IMG/VR virus record: IMGVR_UViG_3300033121_001301
Coordinates: 1 to 64,000 of that record
From: a virus
Lineage: Duplodnaviria > Caudoviricetes
Length of the DNA: 64,000 bases
Reading direction: 5' to 3' (one strand)
Part shown: piece by piece, positions 53,952-62,515 of the stretch
How the letters are laid out: the number at the start of each line of letters is the position of its first letter
Position numbering within the stretch: the stretch's first letter is position 1
Made by a program: the position numbers and the translations under genes
The notes under the pieces: model-generated
Told to the model about the DNA's origin: nothing
Database searches by the model: none
Seen by the model: only the letters and a program-made list of their open reading frames with translations

Positions 53952-54719
53952 TCAATCGCCCCAGAATACGAGATCAGGGGTCGGGTAGACGGTCATACCA
54001 GCTCGAGCTGCCTGAGCTGTCAGGTTAGAGTAATTGTACAACCACTTGGGCTCAAGCTGGAATTCCCCAGGCTCAGCCACCTTCTGACCTATCTGCTCCC
54101 ACCCCTTTTCCACGTTGTCTTTGTCGTGAAGCGAAGACATGTGGATGTCGCTGATGCCCCAGCGATAGATGTACTGCCAGCGAGATCTGTCCAGCTCATT
54201 GGTAGCTGGGGGCTCATTCATGCGAAAAGCTCGATCTATCTCCAGGTCAGCACCAGAACTCATGATGGGGTATCCACCCACCTTGGCGTAAGCTTTCCTG
54301 GTGAAGACTGAGCTGTTGTGGCCAACAAAGCTTTCCATCTTGGACAGGCCATGCTTGTTAAGCAGCCACTGACCGTGAGACTTGTAGTACTGCGAGCCCA
54401 GTGCCTTGAGTGTCTCCATTGCCACCTGCAGCCGCATGGGCAAGCTGATGTCGTCATCATCCCAGGGTGCCAGGTAGTCACCCTGAGCCAGGGCAACTCC
54501 AATAGCCATCTTCTCTCCGTAGGTTCGGCAACGAAGAGGGAGATTGATGATCTTCACATCAGGATGATCAAACACCAACTTCTGCTCGGGGCAGTCGTTG
54601 ATGATGAGCAGCTCTTTATCGGGCCAACTCTGCTGCAGGAAAGACTGAATAGCCTCCTCTAGCAGGTAGGTGTAAGTTGGTGGTCTTTGAAAAGTGATGC
54701 AGATGCAGCTGACTTTCAT
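53952..54719 (-). CDS. GT-A fold glycosyltransferase (GT2-like)
   Basis: VSCICITFQRP...EAIQSFLQQ...ELLIIND...GDYLAPWDDDD...RL. Confidence 0.92.
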   Translation of the reverse strand: MKVSCICITFQRPPTYTYLLEEAIQSFLQQSWPDKELLIINDCPEQKLVFDHPDVKIINLPLRCRTYGEKMAIGVALAQGDYLAPWDDDDISLPMRLQVAMETLKALGSQYYKSHGQWLLNKHGLSKMESFVGHNSSVFTRKAYAKVGGYPIMSSGADLEIDRAFRMNEPPATNELDRSRWQYIYRWGISDIHMSSLHDKDNVEKGWEQIGQKVAEPGEFQLEPKWLYNYSNLTAQAARAGMTVYPTPDLVFWGD

Positions 54720-55582
54720 GTTACCCTCAGAGCGATGCTGTGATCAAAATGATAGTTCGCAGGCAGCACCTTTGAACAGATCTCTCTGATGTCAGTCATG
54801 TTCAAGTAGTTGGTAAAGTGCAGAATACACTGCGTCCACAGCTCATTGGGTTTGCGGAGCTTGGAGATGTTCAGCAGGTAGTTGGTGAACTTATCTGAGC
54901 TTTTCACCACATGGCTGATTGTCTTGCTGCTGTTGAAACTGTGCGTCCATTTGATGAAAGGCAAGCAAAGCGCTTTTCCCCCTCGATCGCGGTAGATCTC
55001 CTGAATGATCCCCTCTTCACCTCCGAAGCCTTTGGTGTCTGGATGGTAGCCAGGCCAGTTGACTCGATCAACGCAGAACAAAGCTCCACCATGTCCGAAG
55101 ATCTCAAAGGGTTGGTCTGTCACAGCTGTCTTGGCAAAGCGGTTGTGCCACTTGCCCATCATTCCTCCGCTCCACTCACTGGTCATCTCAGTGTGAGATA
55201 TCTCCCCTTTAGCGTTATAAAGTATGCCATGTAGGATGTCTTTATTCCCAGCTGGGGTGGCTTGCAGATAGACCAGCAATTGGTCAACAGCACCAGCACT
55301 AAGAAGTACGTGACTGTCAATCACCAGCACGTACTGAGACAAGCAGTGCTCAATGGCTTGGCTTTTAGCGTAGCAAGTACCTTGCTTGCTCACGTCTGTC
55401 ACATATCGATCGACACCGTTGTTCTTGCAGAACTCAGTTGTCTTCTCGCATTTGCCGTAGTTATCGAATACCAGAATCCTGAAGTTCTTTCTGGTCTGAT
55501 GCAGCCCCAGTGATTGCACTGTCAGGCTCAAACCACGATAGTCGTCAAACGTCACGATCGCGATTGTCAGAAGATCTCGCAT
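54716..55582 (-). CDS. GT-A fold glycosyltransferase with polypeptide GalNAc-transferase-like motifs
   Basis: IAIVTF, ILVFDN, VIDSHV (DxH), GGALF, GFGGEEG and WTH. Confidence 0.85.
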   Translation of the reverse strand: MRDLLTIAIVTFDDYRGLSLTVQSLGLHQTRKNFRILVFDNYGKCEKTTEFCKNNGVDRYVTDVSKQGTCYAKSQAIEHCLSQYVLVIDSHVLLSAGAVDQLLVYLQATPAGNKDILHGILYNAKGEISHTEMTSEWSGGMMGKWHNRFAKTAVTDQPFEIFGHGGALFCVDRVNWPGYHPDTKGFGGEEGIIQEIYRDRGGKALCLPFIKWTHSFNSSKTISHVVKSSDKFTNYLLNISKLRKPNELWTQCILHFTNYLNMTDIREICSKVLPANYHFDHSIALRVT

Positions 55583-55602
55583 AGTTGGCTCTCTAAGGAC
55601 TG

Positions 55603-56715
55603 TTAGCTGAACATAGGAACATCCAAAGGAATGAACTCAGCTGAAGCTTCAAATCCTCCCCCGAAACCAGGAGCGATTGGGCAAAAGCCATCGTATAGCC
55701 TGAAAGCAGGGTAACCAGCCAGGAACCATCCGAATAAAGGTATTAAAAATTGACCAGGGTTAATGGGGCTAGCACCAACACCCCCACTGTTGTTCATCGC
55801 AGACAAGTTTGCCAGACTTCCTTTAATGGTAAATTTGAGTGGTGAAGTAGAGTCTAAAAATACGTCTGCACCCTCTATGATTCCTGCTTTGGTCTGATTA
55901 TCAATAGTTGATTGTCCAAGCAGCCCACCCCCACCAGGAACCCAGTAGATTTTGGAGCAGTAGACTCTTCCGTAGGCTGCGACTTTGCTTGGATAAGTCG
56001 CCATACCTGCAACGGTATAACCTGGATTGGGGGGCTGCACAGGTATTTGTGGACCACCACCAAACCCAACACTGCCAAAGCCAGTAGCAAATTGGTACCC
56101 ACCTATTTTTACACAACGCCCATCTGGCATCGGTCTTATGGAAAGAGCTACTTCAAAGAATTCTGCTTCGGCAATTAATCCAGCCGCTGGAAATCCATTT
56201 TCGCTGGCGTAAACATTATAAGCAAAGCCGCTTATCTGAAACGCAGTTAGAGCTTTATTGAATGTAACAGAGCACCATTTGTCAGCCTGGCTAAATTGAG
56301 CTTGAACAGTTCTTTCACCAATAGTATTGCTAGGTGGCTCACCAAATTGTGGTTGTCTCGCTCTGTAGTTCTGGCTGGCTAGTCGAGGGGAAGACAACAA
56401 ATTGGAGCAAACGGGTGAAAGCAAGGTAACTTTAGCGTCGTAGTTACCTGAATTAGGTCCACCTTGACCAGCGTCGTTGTACAGTAGATCGGCAGTATAC
56501 GGTGATCTCGCGTAAGCTTCGCAGGAGCCGCCGCCAGGGGGTGGAGGTGGTTCAACTGGTATGTCGTCAGGTGGTTCCGGCTCAATCGTCGGATCGCCAC
56601 CAGGTTCACCTGTTGGATCTTCACCAGGCGGCTCTGGCTCATCGTTGTTAACGCAACCAGCCCAAGTTTTTTCTATTGGTGGCACGTCCAGTAAGTCAGA
56701 TTTTTTGCAGTTCAT
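55603..56715 (-). CDS. Putative tail-fibre/receptor-binding protein
   Basis: N-terminal C...DVPPIEK...GC motif, a Pro/Glu-rich linker, then a Gly/aromatic beta-rich domain. Confidence 0.6.
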   Translation of the reverse strand: MNCKKSDLLDVPPIEKTWAGCVNNDEPEPPGEDPTGEPGGDPTIEPEPPDDIPVEPPPPPGGGSCEAYARSPYTADLLYNDAGQGGPNSGNYDAKVTLLSPVCSNLLSSPRLASQNYRARQPQFGEPPSNTIGERTVQAQFSQADKWCSVTFNKALTAFQISGFAYNVYASENGFPAAGLIAEAEFFEVALSIRPMPDGRCVKIGGYQFATGFGSVGFGGGPQIPVQPPNPGYTVAGMATYPSKVAAYGRVYCSKIYWVPGGGGLLGQSTIDNQTKAGIIEGADVFLDSTSPLKFTIKGSLANLSAMNNSGGVGASPINPGQFLIPLFGWFLAGYPAFRLYDGFCPIAPGFGGGFEASAEFIPLDVPMFS

Positions 56716-56729
56716 GATTAGACCAGTTC

Positions 56730-57515
56730 TTACCCTAGATTGGGAGCCAGGCCATTGTTGCTGGCATTAAGCTCATAAAACAAGAGCTCTGTCACTTGCT
56801 TGTCGTAAATTCCCCAATTGGCACCACTGAAACCATAGTTGCCTAACTCATTAAACACATTCCTAGTCCAACCTCCAGTTTGACCAAGCGGGCCAACTCC
56901 TCTATCCAGTTTATTTTGTACGCAGCAGGTAGCAATGAACGGACTCCAGGATTGTATCACAATGGTGTCCAGACTATGCCAAACTTTTGGAACGTACAAA
57001 GCCAACGAATCTGTGGTTAACATGCCTGTCAGTTCATTAGTAGCTACGCCAAATCCATAGCCCCTTACAGGGGGTCCAAGCAGCAAACCCAGGTACATAT
57101 TTTCCTGTATCACTTCGTACTGAGAAACTCCATAGTTTCCACCACCACCTATGTTGGTCATTCTTATCCGACCAACTCTACCTATGCTTTCTCCTCTTTG
57201 AGCACTGACTGGAATATCAAAGCTAAATATGTGTGTGTAGTACTCATCGCCAATGTCTCCGTAAATAGTTCCACCACCAGGAGGGGCTCCAAAATACTTT
57301 TTTAATTTGTGATAACCACCATTAGTGGTGTAGCACCAATTGAGAAAAAGTTTACTGGATGGAGTTTCAAACACTCCTATGGTTTTAGTAGGACCGGGTC
57401 GAGGGTTAGGTGGTGGTACAACGATGCCAGCGTTGCATCTGCCAAGTTCCTTCTCTATCGGTGGAACTTCCACGATTTCGTAGTCCAAGCAGTCTTTCAT
57501 GTTATTTCCACCCAA
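56730..57515 (-). CDS. Putative tail-fibre/receptor-binding protein
   Basis: N-terminal C...EVPPIEK...RC motif, a Pro linker and a Gly/aromatic domain. Confidence 0.6.
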   Translation of the reverse strand: MGGNNMKDCLDYEIVEVPPIEKELGRCNAGIVVPPPNPRPGPTKTIGVFETPSSKLFLNWCYTTNGGYHKLKKYFGAPPGGGTIYGDIGDEYYTHIFSFDIPVSAQRGESIGRVGRIRMTNIGGGGNYGVSQYEVIQENMYLGLLLGPPVRGYGFGVATNELTGMLTTDSLALYVPKVWHSLDTIVIQSWSPFIATCCVQNKLDRGVGPLGQTGGWTRNVFNELGNYGFSGANWGIYDKQVTELLFYELNASNNGLAPNLG

Positions 57516-58660
57516 TCCGACATCGAAAATGTGACGTTAGGGAGTAACGGAGGAGAGTTAAAGTTTGGATTGCTGATTGGTGGTGGATTGAATATTTGAC
57601 CAACCACGGTGACGCTAGGGGTGTTGTATTCGATGTACTCGGCTTGAGCTGTCATTGTACCTCCACCAGGCCAACCTATTCCTTCGGGGATGGCATTCAC
57701 GGATCCCCCGCCAATCGCGGGAATTTGATCAATCAGCAAAAAAGCATTAAGACCATTAGTGTTCTCATCTACAACTGAAGTTAAAACAAGATAGCGTTTC
57801 AAAGTGAATTTAATAAAAAACCTCGAGCCCCGTACACCTGAAGGTTCTCCATTAAATATGTTGCCAGTCAATTGCCTGCACGACATGGAAAGATGGCCAG
57901 TCGTGACTGTAGTGAAAGAGACAGTTTGAGTTTCTGACCCCTGGCAGTCAGGTGGTCTTTGAACGAAGGTTATTGGCCCAGACCCTATGGGATCTGGAAC
58001 CCATCCGTATTTTTTATAGGTTGTTGTGACATGGACATCTGGCCCTAATTTCACAGCTTCCAATGTGTAGAGGTCGGGTGGCAGATAAGCCCCACTAAAG
58101 GCAAGACTCAGAGTTATTCCAGCATCTACTGCACCTTGTATCATTTGCTCAGCAAAAGGATCAGCTATGAAGTTTAACGAAGAGATAGCATGCGTTGCTT
58201 CGTTGCCAACAACTCTCGAGCTCCAATAGGGTGTACCCTCTAATGGTGGCCATTTATTGAAAAACGAAAATAACCAGTCTGGGTATTCGATCGCAGCCAC
58301 ACCATTGCCGACTGGCTCCCAAGAAACCGTAATTTTCCTTGGATACTTATTACCGCAGGTGTCTTGAGGTGGACCACCAGTAACTGGAGTGCAGCCTAAT
58401 TCGGGCTTTGTTATCTTGGGGATGTCTTCTAGTGGATCGTCAAATTCAACACAGATCGGTGGAGCATCTTTGCTGAGTTTGAATTCTCTGTCTACCGCAT
58501 CTCTGACACCAGAAAGCAAAGATGGGCTGTCTGCTGGTGCCCTGGGAGCAATCGGCGGGCTGGTAGGGGTTATCGGTGGTTCAACTGGGGTAGTCGGTCC
58601 CGACTTACTAAACCAGTTCTTGAACCAGCTGTTAAACCATTTTGGATACCAGGAAGCCAT
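57497..58660 (-). CDS. Putative tail-fibre/receptor-binding protein
   Basis: C...DIPKITK...GC motif and Pro-rich segments, located in the tail operon. Confidence 0.6.
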   Translation of the reverse strand: MASWYPKWFNSWFKNWFSKSGPTTPVEPPITPTSPPIAPRAPADSPSLLSGVRDAVDREFKLSKDAPPICVEFDDPLEDIPKITKPELGCTPVTGGPPQDTCGNKYPRKITVSWEPVGNGVAAIEYPDWLFSFFNKWPPLEGTPYWSSRVVGNEATHAISSLNFIADPFAEQMIQGAVDAGITLSLAFSGAYLPPDLYTLEAVKLGPDVHVTTTYKKYGWVPDPIGSGPITFVQRPPDCQGSETQTVSFTTVTTGHLSMSCRQLTGNIFNGEPSGVRGSRFFIKFTLKRYLVLTSVVDENTNGLNAFLLIDQIPAIGGGSVNAIPEGIGWPGGGTMTAQAEYIEYNTPSVTVVGQIFNPPPISNPNFNSPPLLPNVTFSMSDWVEIT

Positions 58661-58687
58661 TCGTTACTCGCAAGTTCAGATGAAAGA

Positions 58688-59428
58688 TCAAGCCGCTGTG
58701 GTTGTCTCAGGAACTGGAGTTGAAGCAGTAGCGGTCAATGTAGTAGTTGGTGCGGCAGTTGTTGAAGCGGTCGAGGAGGTATTTGGATCTGGAGTCGTTG
58801 TGCAACATCCAATGCTTAGCAATGGAATGTTATTCCAATACTCTCGAGCCACCACTGTCACCATCGGTTCCTTAACAGTCTGCTCAGTGCTGTTGTCACT
58901 CAAGTAGGGCAAACCCAAGTTACTTCCTGACGTGTCGTAGAACGACTGAGTCGCTGTAAAGGGAGTGCTTCCATCTCGACAGATGTAAGTGATCTGCCCC
59001 ATCGGGTCTGCGTGAGCTATTGGAGGGGCTCCATCAGCACAGAGAAGTCTTTCAACTTCTCCAACTACTGGAACTCCCTCTCCGTTGCTTTTTACGGTGT
59101 TGCGTGGATCCCAGACCACGTCAAAAAGGTTCTCCTGTGGTTCTGCCTCTACATTGCCGATGGTTACCCCAGCTGGAACATCAATGTCTGGAGTAGTGAA
59201 AGAGTCAACAGCCACAGCTGATACTGTCAGCAGTCGTTGAGACTGCATGGTCAAGACATGCGATGGTAGCTTGGGCCAGCAGTCAACCTTCATCGGTGCA
59301 GTGGCTTTGATGACAGTCCCTTGTGGCAGCTCTACCATCAACGAATGCACGTCGAGACCACCACCAGGGCTGCAGGTGATGTCGGTGATGATCTTGATCT
59401 GATAAGCCATCTGTGGCTCATTCATCAC
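58688..59428 (-). CDS. Putative tail protein with mucin-like Thr/Ser-rich C-terminus
   Basis: The last 37 aa contain 16 Thr, 4 Ser and 5 Pro. Coupled to 59425-60549. Confidence 0.7.
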   Translation of the reverse strand: MMNEPQMAYQIKIITDITCSPGGGLDVHSLMVELPQGTVIKATAPMKVDCWPKLPSHVLTMQSQRLLTVSAVAVDSFTTPDIDVPAGVTIGNVEAEPQENLFDVVWDPRNTVKSNGEGVPVVGEVERLLCADGAPPIAHADPMGQITYICRDGSTPFTATQSFYDTSGSNLGLPYLSDNSTEQTVKEPMVTVVAREYWNNIPLLSIGCCTTTPDPNTSSTASTTAAPTTTLTATASTPVPETTTAA

Positions 59429-60549
59429 TTCACCTTGGCAAAGATAGCTGGAATGATGGCCGTCAGCTCGTTGGCGCTCGATGGGAACGTCGCAGGTAGA
59501 GAGCTGTAGGTGTAATCAATCGCGTAGCCCAGCACCGGGTCGAGGAAGCCATTGTCCCAACCCATGTAAGCCCAGGCACCTTCTTTGGGAATCGAGTACA
59601 AGCCCATGCTGGAAGAGTTAGCCAGGACAACCAACCATACCAGTTGACCAGCAGCTAAGACCGTGTCGGTGATTGAAATGGACTTCGGGCCTGCGCTACC
59701 GCCGTTGAAAACACCGTTGGCAGCTGTAAGCAAGCTTCCTGGGTAATTTCCTGCGTTAGCATAAATTCCTAGTTTGCCCTCATCTCCTGGATTACCAGCA
59801 GCAAGGATCTTGATACCAAGCTCGCTCAGCGTCACTCCACCGGGGGCGGCGAAGGGAACAGCCAGCAGCTGATTTCCAGGCAGGTTAGCATTGGCACCCA
59901 TTGGGGAGAAGCTAATTGGCCCCAGGTACCACCTTCCTGAAGCCATAGCGGGCAAAGCAGCCGGTCCGGTGGCTCCGGTGGCTCCGGTGGCTCCAACGGC
60001 TCCTGTGGTGCCTGGGATGCCCTGGATGCCCTGCAGACCTTGAAGTGGCAGATATTCGCCCGCGTTGTACAAGAAGGCACCACCCTGGCCGTCAGCGAAC
60101 AGAAGAGGGTGCTGGATGCCAGCTGTGGGTCGAATACTCAGCAACAGCCCGGCAGTGGTCTGGGAGACGTAATAGATGCCAGCTGCTGGGATAGCTTCCC
60201 CGGTAGAGGCTGTCAGATCGATGGAAGTGATGTAACCACCCATCTGCACATCGCATAGCACGTCCCCATGCTTGGCAATGCACAAGCCGACCGCTGGTCG
60301 AACGCCAGCGATCGCAGGCTCAAACGAATTGGTCGGTGCCCACCAGCACACAGGCATGCCCACTGCAACAGCTGCCACGCAGCGATTGTTAGTGGCAATG
60401 ATTCTATTTGAGCTGATGGCTGCAAGCTCTTGCTGCAGGAGTTGTTGATTGTTTGACAGCTGCTGTAAAGGCTTATTCAACGAAGAAGCATTGATATCGC
60501 CTGTCTCAGCCTGGGTCAGGGAATCTACTGGTGCAAGGACAATGGCCAC
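59425..60549 (-). CDS. Tail fibre protein with short collagen-like repeat
   Basis: N-terminal KPLQQLSNN baseplate-anchor-like helix and GLQGIQGIPGTTGAVGATGATGATGP. The 9-bp unit CCGGTGGCT occurs x3 at 59966-59994. Confidence 0.75.
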   Translation of the reverse strand: MAIVLAPVDSLTQAETGDINASSLNKPLQQLSNNQQLLQQELAAISSNRIIATNNRCVAAVAVGMPVCWWAPTNSFEPAIAGVRPAVGLCIAKHGDVLCDVQMGGYITSIDLTASTGEAIPAAGIYYVSQTTAGLLLSIRPTAGIQHPLLFADGQGGAFLYNAGEYLPLQGLQGIQGIPGTTGAVGATGATGATGPAALPAMASGRWYLGPISFSPMGANANLPGNQLLAVPFAAPGGVTLSELGIKILAAGNPGDEGKLGIYANAGNYPGSLLTAANGVFNGGSAGPKSISITDTVLAAGQLVWLVVLANSSSMGLYSIPKEGAWAYMGWDNGFLDPVLGYAIDYTYSSLPATFPSSANELTAIIPAIFAKVK

Positions 60550-60560
60550 AAGAAGTCTCC

Positions 60561-61079
60561 CTAGACACCAAATGTGAGTGGGTATTTGGCCTGGAAGTTA
60601 CCCGAGGGCTTGAGCACTTGCTCTCCACCAGACGAGTAATAGGCACGTTGAATGAGGATATCTTTGCTTCGATCAGTCCAGTCAGATACAGCCACCAGAG
60701 CTAATCCATAGATCTTGGAATTGCTGGCGTTAGCAAAGGCTCTACCAAGCTCTCCAGCAACAGCAGCTGTTTCTGCTCGAAGTGTCAGTGTGTTACCCTC
60801 ACCGTCTCCGAAGTAGGGTGTGAACCCCGAAGCGATCGAAAGCTCAGAGGGGCCAACGATAGGGGCTCTGATGAAATCCCGGTCTGCAGCCAGATTGTTG
60901 TAGTATTCCAGACCTTCTGCTGGAGTTGCAGAAGGAACGGCTGCTGTGTCGCCAGGCAAAGCTACGTTCATGAACTCGATGTAAATGCAATTGATCGGAT
61001 GAGTGTTATCTCCCCGCATCTGCTTGGCCAAGGCCATGCCGCCCCGGTAAGGATTCACAAAAGTAGCACTCATTACCAC
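60561..61079 (-). CDS. Putative baseplate/tail structural protein
   Basis: 172 aa, between the baseplate wedge and tail fibre genes. Confidence 0.65.
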   Translation of the reverse strand: MVMSATFVNPYRGGMALAKQMRGDNTHPINCIYIEFMNVALPGDTAAVPSATPAEGLEYYNNLAADRDFIRAPIVGPSELSIASGFTPYFGDGEGNTLTLRAETAAVAGELGRAFANASNSKIYGLALVAVSDWTDRSKDILIQRAYYSSGGEQVLKPSGNFQAKYPLTFGV

Positions 61080-62515
61080 ACTCCAATAGTTGGGTTGCCA
61101 CCAAATGACGTGCCAACACCCAGTCCATAATAGCCAGCTGTACCCTGGAACACCACGCCGAACTCAGGTTCAACACCCACAGGTCCAGGGTAAGTTCCAC
61201 CCAGTACTTCATGTTTTACGATTGTCTTCAGCATCTGGTGACCTGGAATCAGTTTTTGCAGGGCATTGAGGAACTCAAAGCCACTGACTGAATTTACCTG
61301 ATTGGTGTCCACAGACAGCAAGATGACATTGAAGCGAAACAAGTTCTCCAGCAGCAGATCCACCATTGGATTCATGTCCGTTGGCAGGTGCATGGCTTCT
61401 GGTTCGGTAGTGGGGTTTTCCCTGCTATCCAGGCTTTGGGCCAGGGTCATACCAGCTGTGATTCCTCGCGTGTGTACGTCATTCCAATAGGTCTCTACCG
61501 ACAAAGCATCTCCGTAGAGAGGCAGTGTCAGCTTGGTGTAATTGGCCTGCGTGGAGACTGTGGTTGGCAGCAGCTGATTGGGGAAGATGATGTCACTATG
61601 GTAGTCAGGGCCAAGCTCAGACTGGCTGATAGCCAAAGATGGCAGATCCACATCCCCAGGTTTGTTGATGTTGTACCACTTGATGGCTGAGCTGATCTGC
61701 TGACCCTTCTTGAGCTTATCCCCCACAGCCACGGTGATCGTGACTGTCGTAGGGTAGTGGTAGACAGACTTGTCAGTGATCACCAGCTTCTCGTCAGGGT
61801 ACACCAGCAGGTATTTGACTACCTCATCGTGGATTTCACAGACAGGGTTACCGAAGGCTCTACCAAGGCCGATTGTCATGTTCTCCAGGTTGCAGCCGTG
61901 GGTGAGACAATCCTTGAGGGAGAAAAGCGCTTTTCTCTGATCTTCATTTGTGACAGTGGGGTAGCTGAGTAGCCAGCCCCAGTTCTTCGCGATCGGAGAA
62001 TCTGCTATTTTCGGCTCAGAAATGCGGAATTCCATGAAGCGATCAGCTTCCAGGTTATCAGCGTCAAGTTCCACAAATAGCGAATCTGAATTAGTGGCAA
62101 GGATGTCTACAGGGAAGAGAATTCGAAGTCCATCTCCCCAGGGCTCCAGTTGGAAATCGATGCCCCGAAACAGCACCAAACCTGTTTCAAACATGGAGAC
62201 TGAAAGCTCGTCGAAGTACACAACTTCAGGCAGTTCAAACCAAAACAAGCCACTGCTGGTCTTTTGCTTCTCACTTACCTTGAGCACCAGCTTCTTCGGA
62301 GGCAGGATGTTCTGCAGCAGGGTGTTCTCAATGAAAGCCAGGTTGTTGTACTGGTAAGAGAGCTTCCACACGTCATCAAACGAAAACACCAACGCATTGC
62401 ACAATGCTCGATAGAACTCCCGGTCACCAGACAGGGCATTGAAATAAGTTCCAAGTGCTCGCTGAAGTGCAGAAGCTATTGCTGGTAAGTCAGCGTCGTT
62501 GATGTTGTATTTCAT
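61073..62515 (-). CDS. Putative baseplate wedge protein
   Basis: Follows the baseplate J-like gene. Contains VAVGDKLKKGQ and C-terminal LQKLIPGH (cf. P.H motif of wedge proteins). Confidence 0.6.
   Translation of the reverse strand: MKYNINDADLPAIASALQRALGTYFNALSGDREFYRALCNALVFSFDDVWKLSYQYNNLAFIENTLLQNILPPKKLVLKVSEKQKTSSGLFWFELPEVVYFDELSVSMFETGLVLFRGIDFQLEPWGDGLRILFPVDILATNSDSLFVELDADNLEADRFMEFRISEPKIADSPIAKNWGWLLSYPTVTNEDQRKALFSLKDCLTHGCNLENMTIGLGRAFGNPVCEIHDEVVKYLLVYPDEKLVITDKSVYHYPTTVTITVAVGDKLKKGQQISSAIKWYNINKPGDVDLPSLAISQSELGPDYHSDIIFPNQLLPTTVSTQANYTKLTLPLYGDALSVETYWNDVHTRGITAGMTLAQSLDSRENPTTEPEAMHLPTDMNPMVDLLLENLFRFNVILLSVDTNQVNSVSGFEFLNALQKLIPGHQMLKTIVKHEVLGGTYPGPVGVEPEFGVVFQGTAGYYGLGVGTSFGGNPTIGVW

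Noticed and set aside
59966-59994. Phase-variable tandem repeat
   Set aside because: The 9-bp unit is in frame and simply encodes collagen-like GAT triplets, so slippage would not switch expression.
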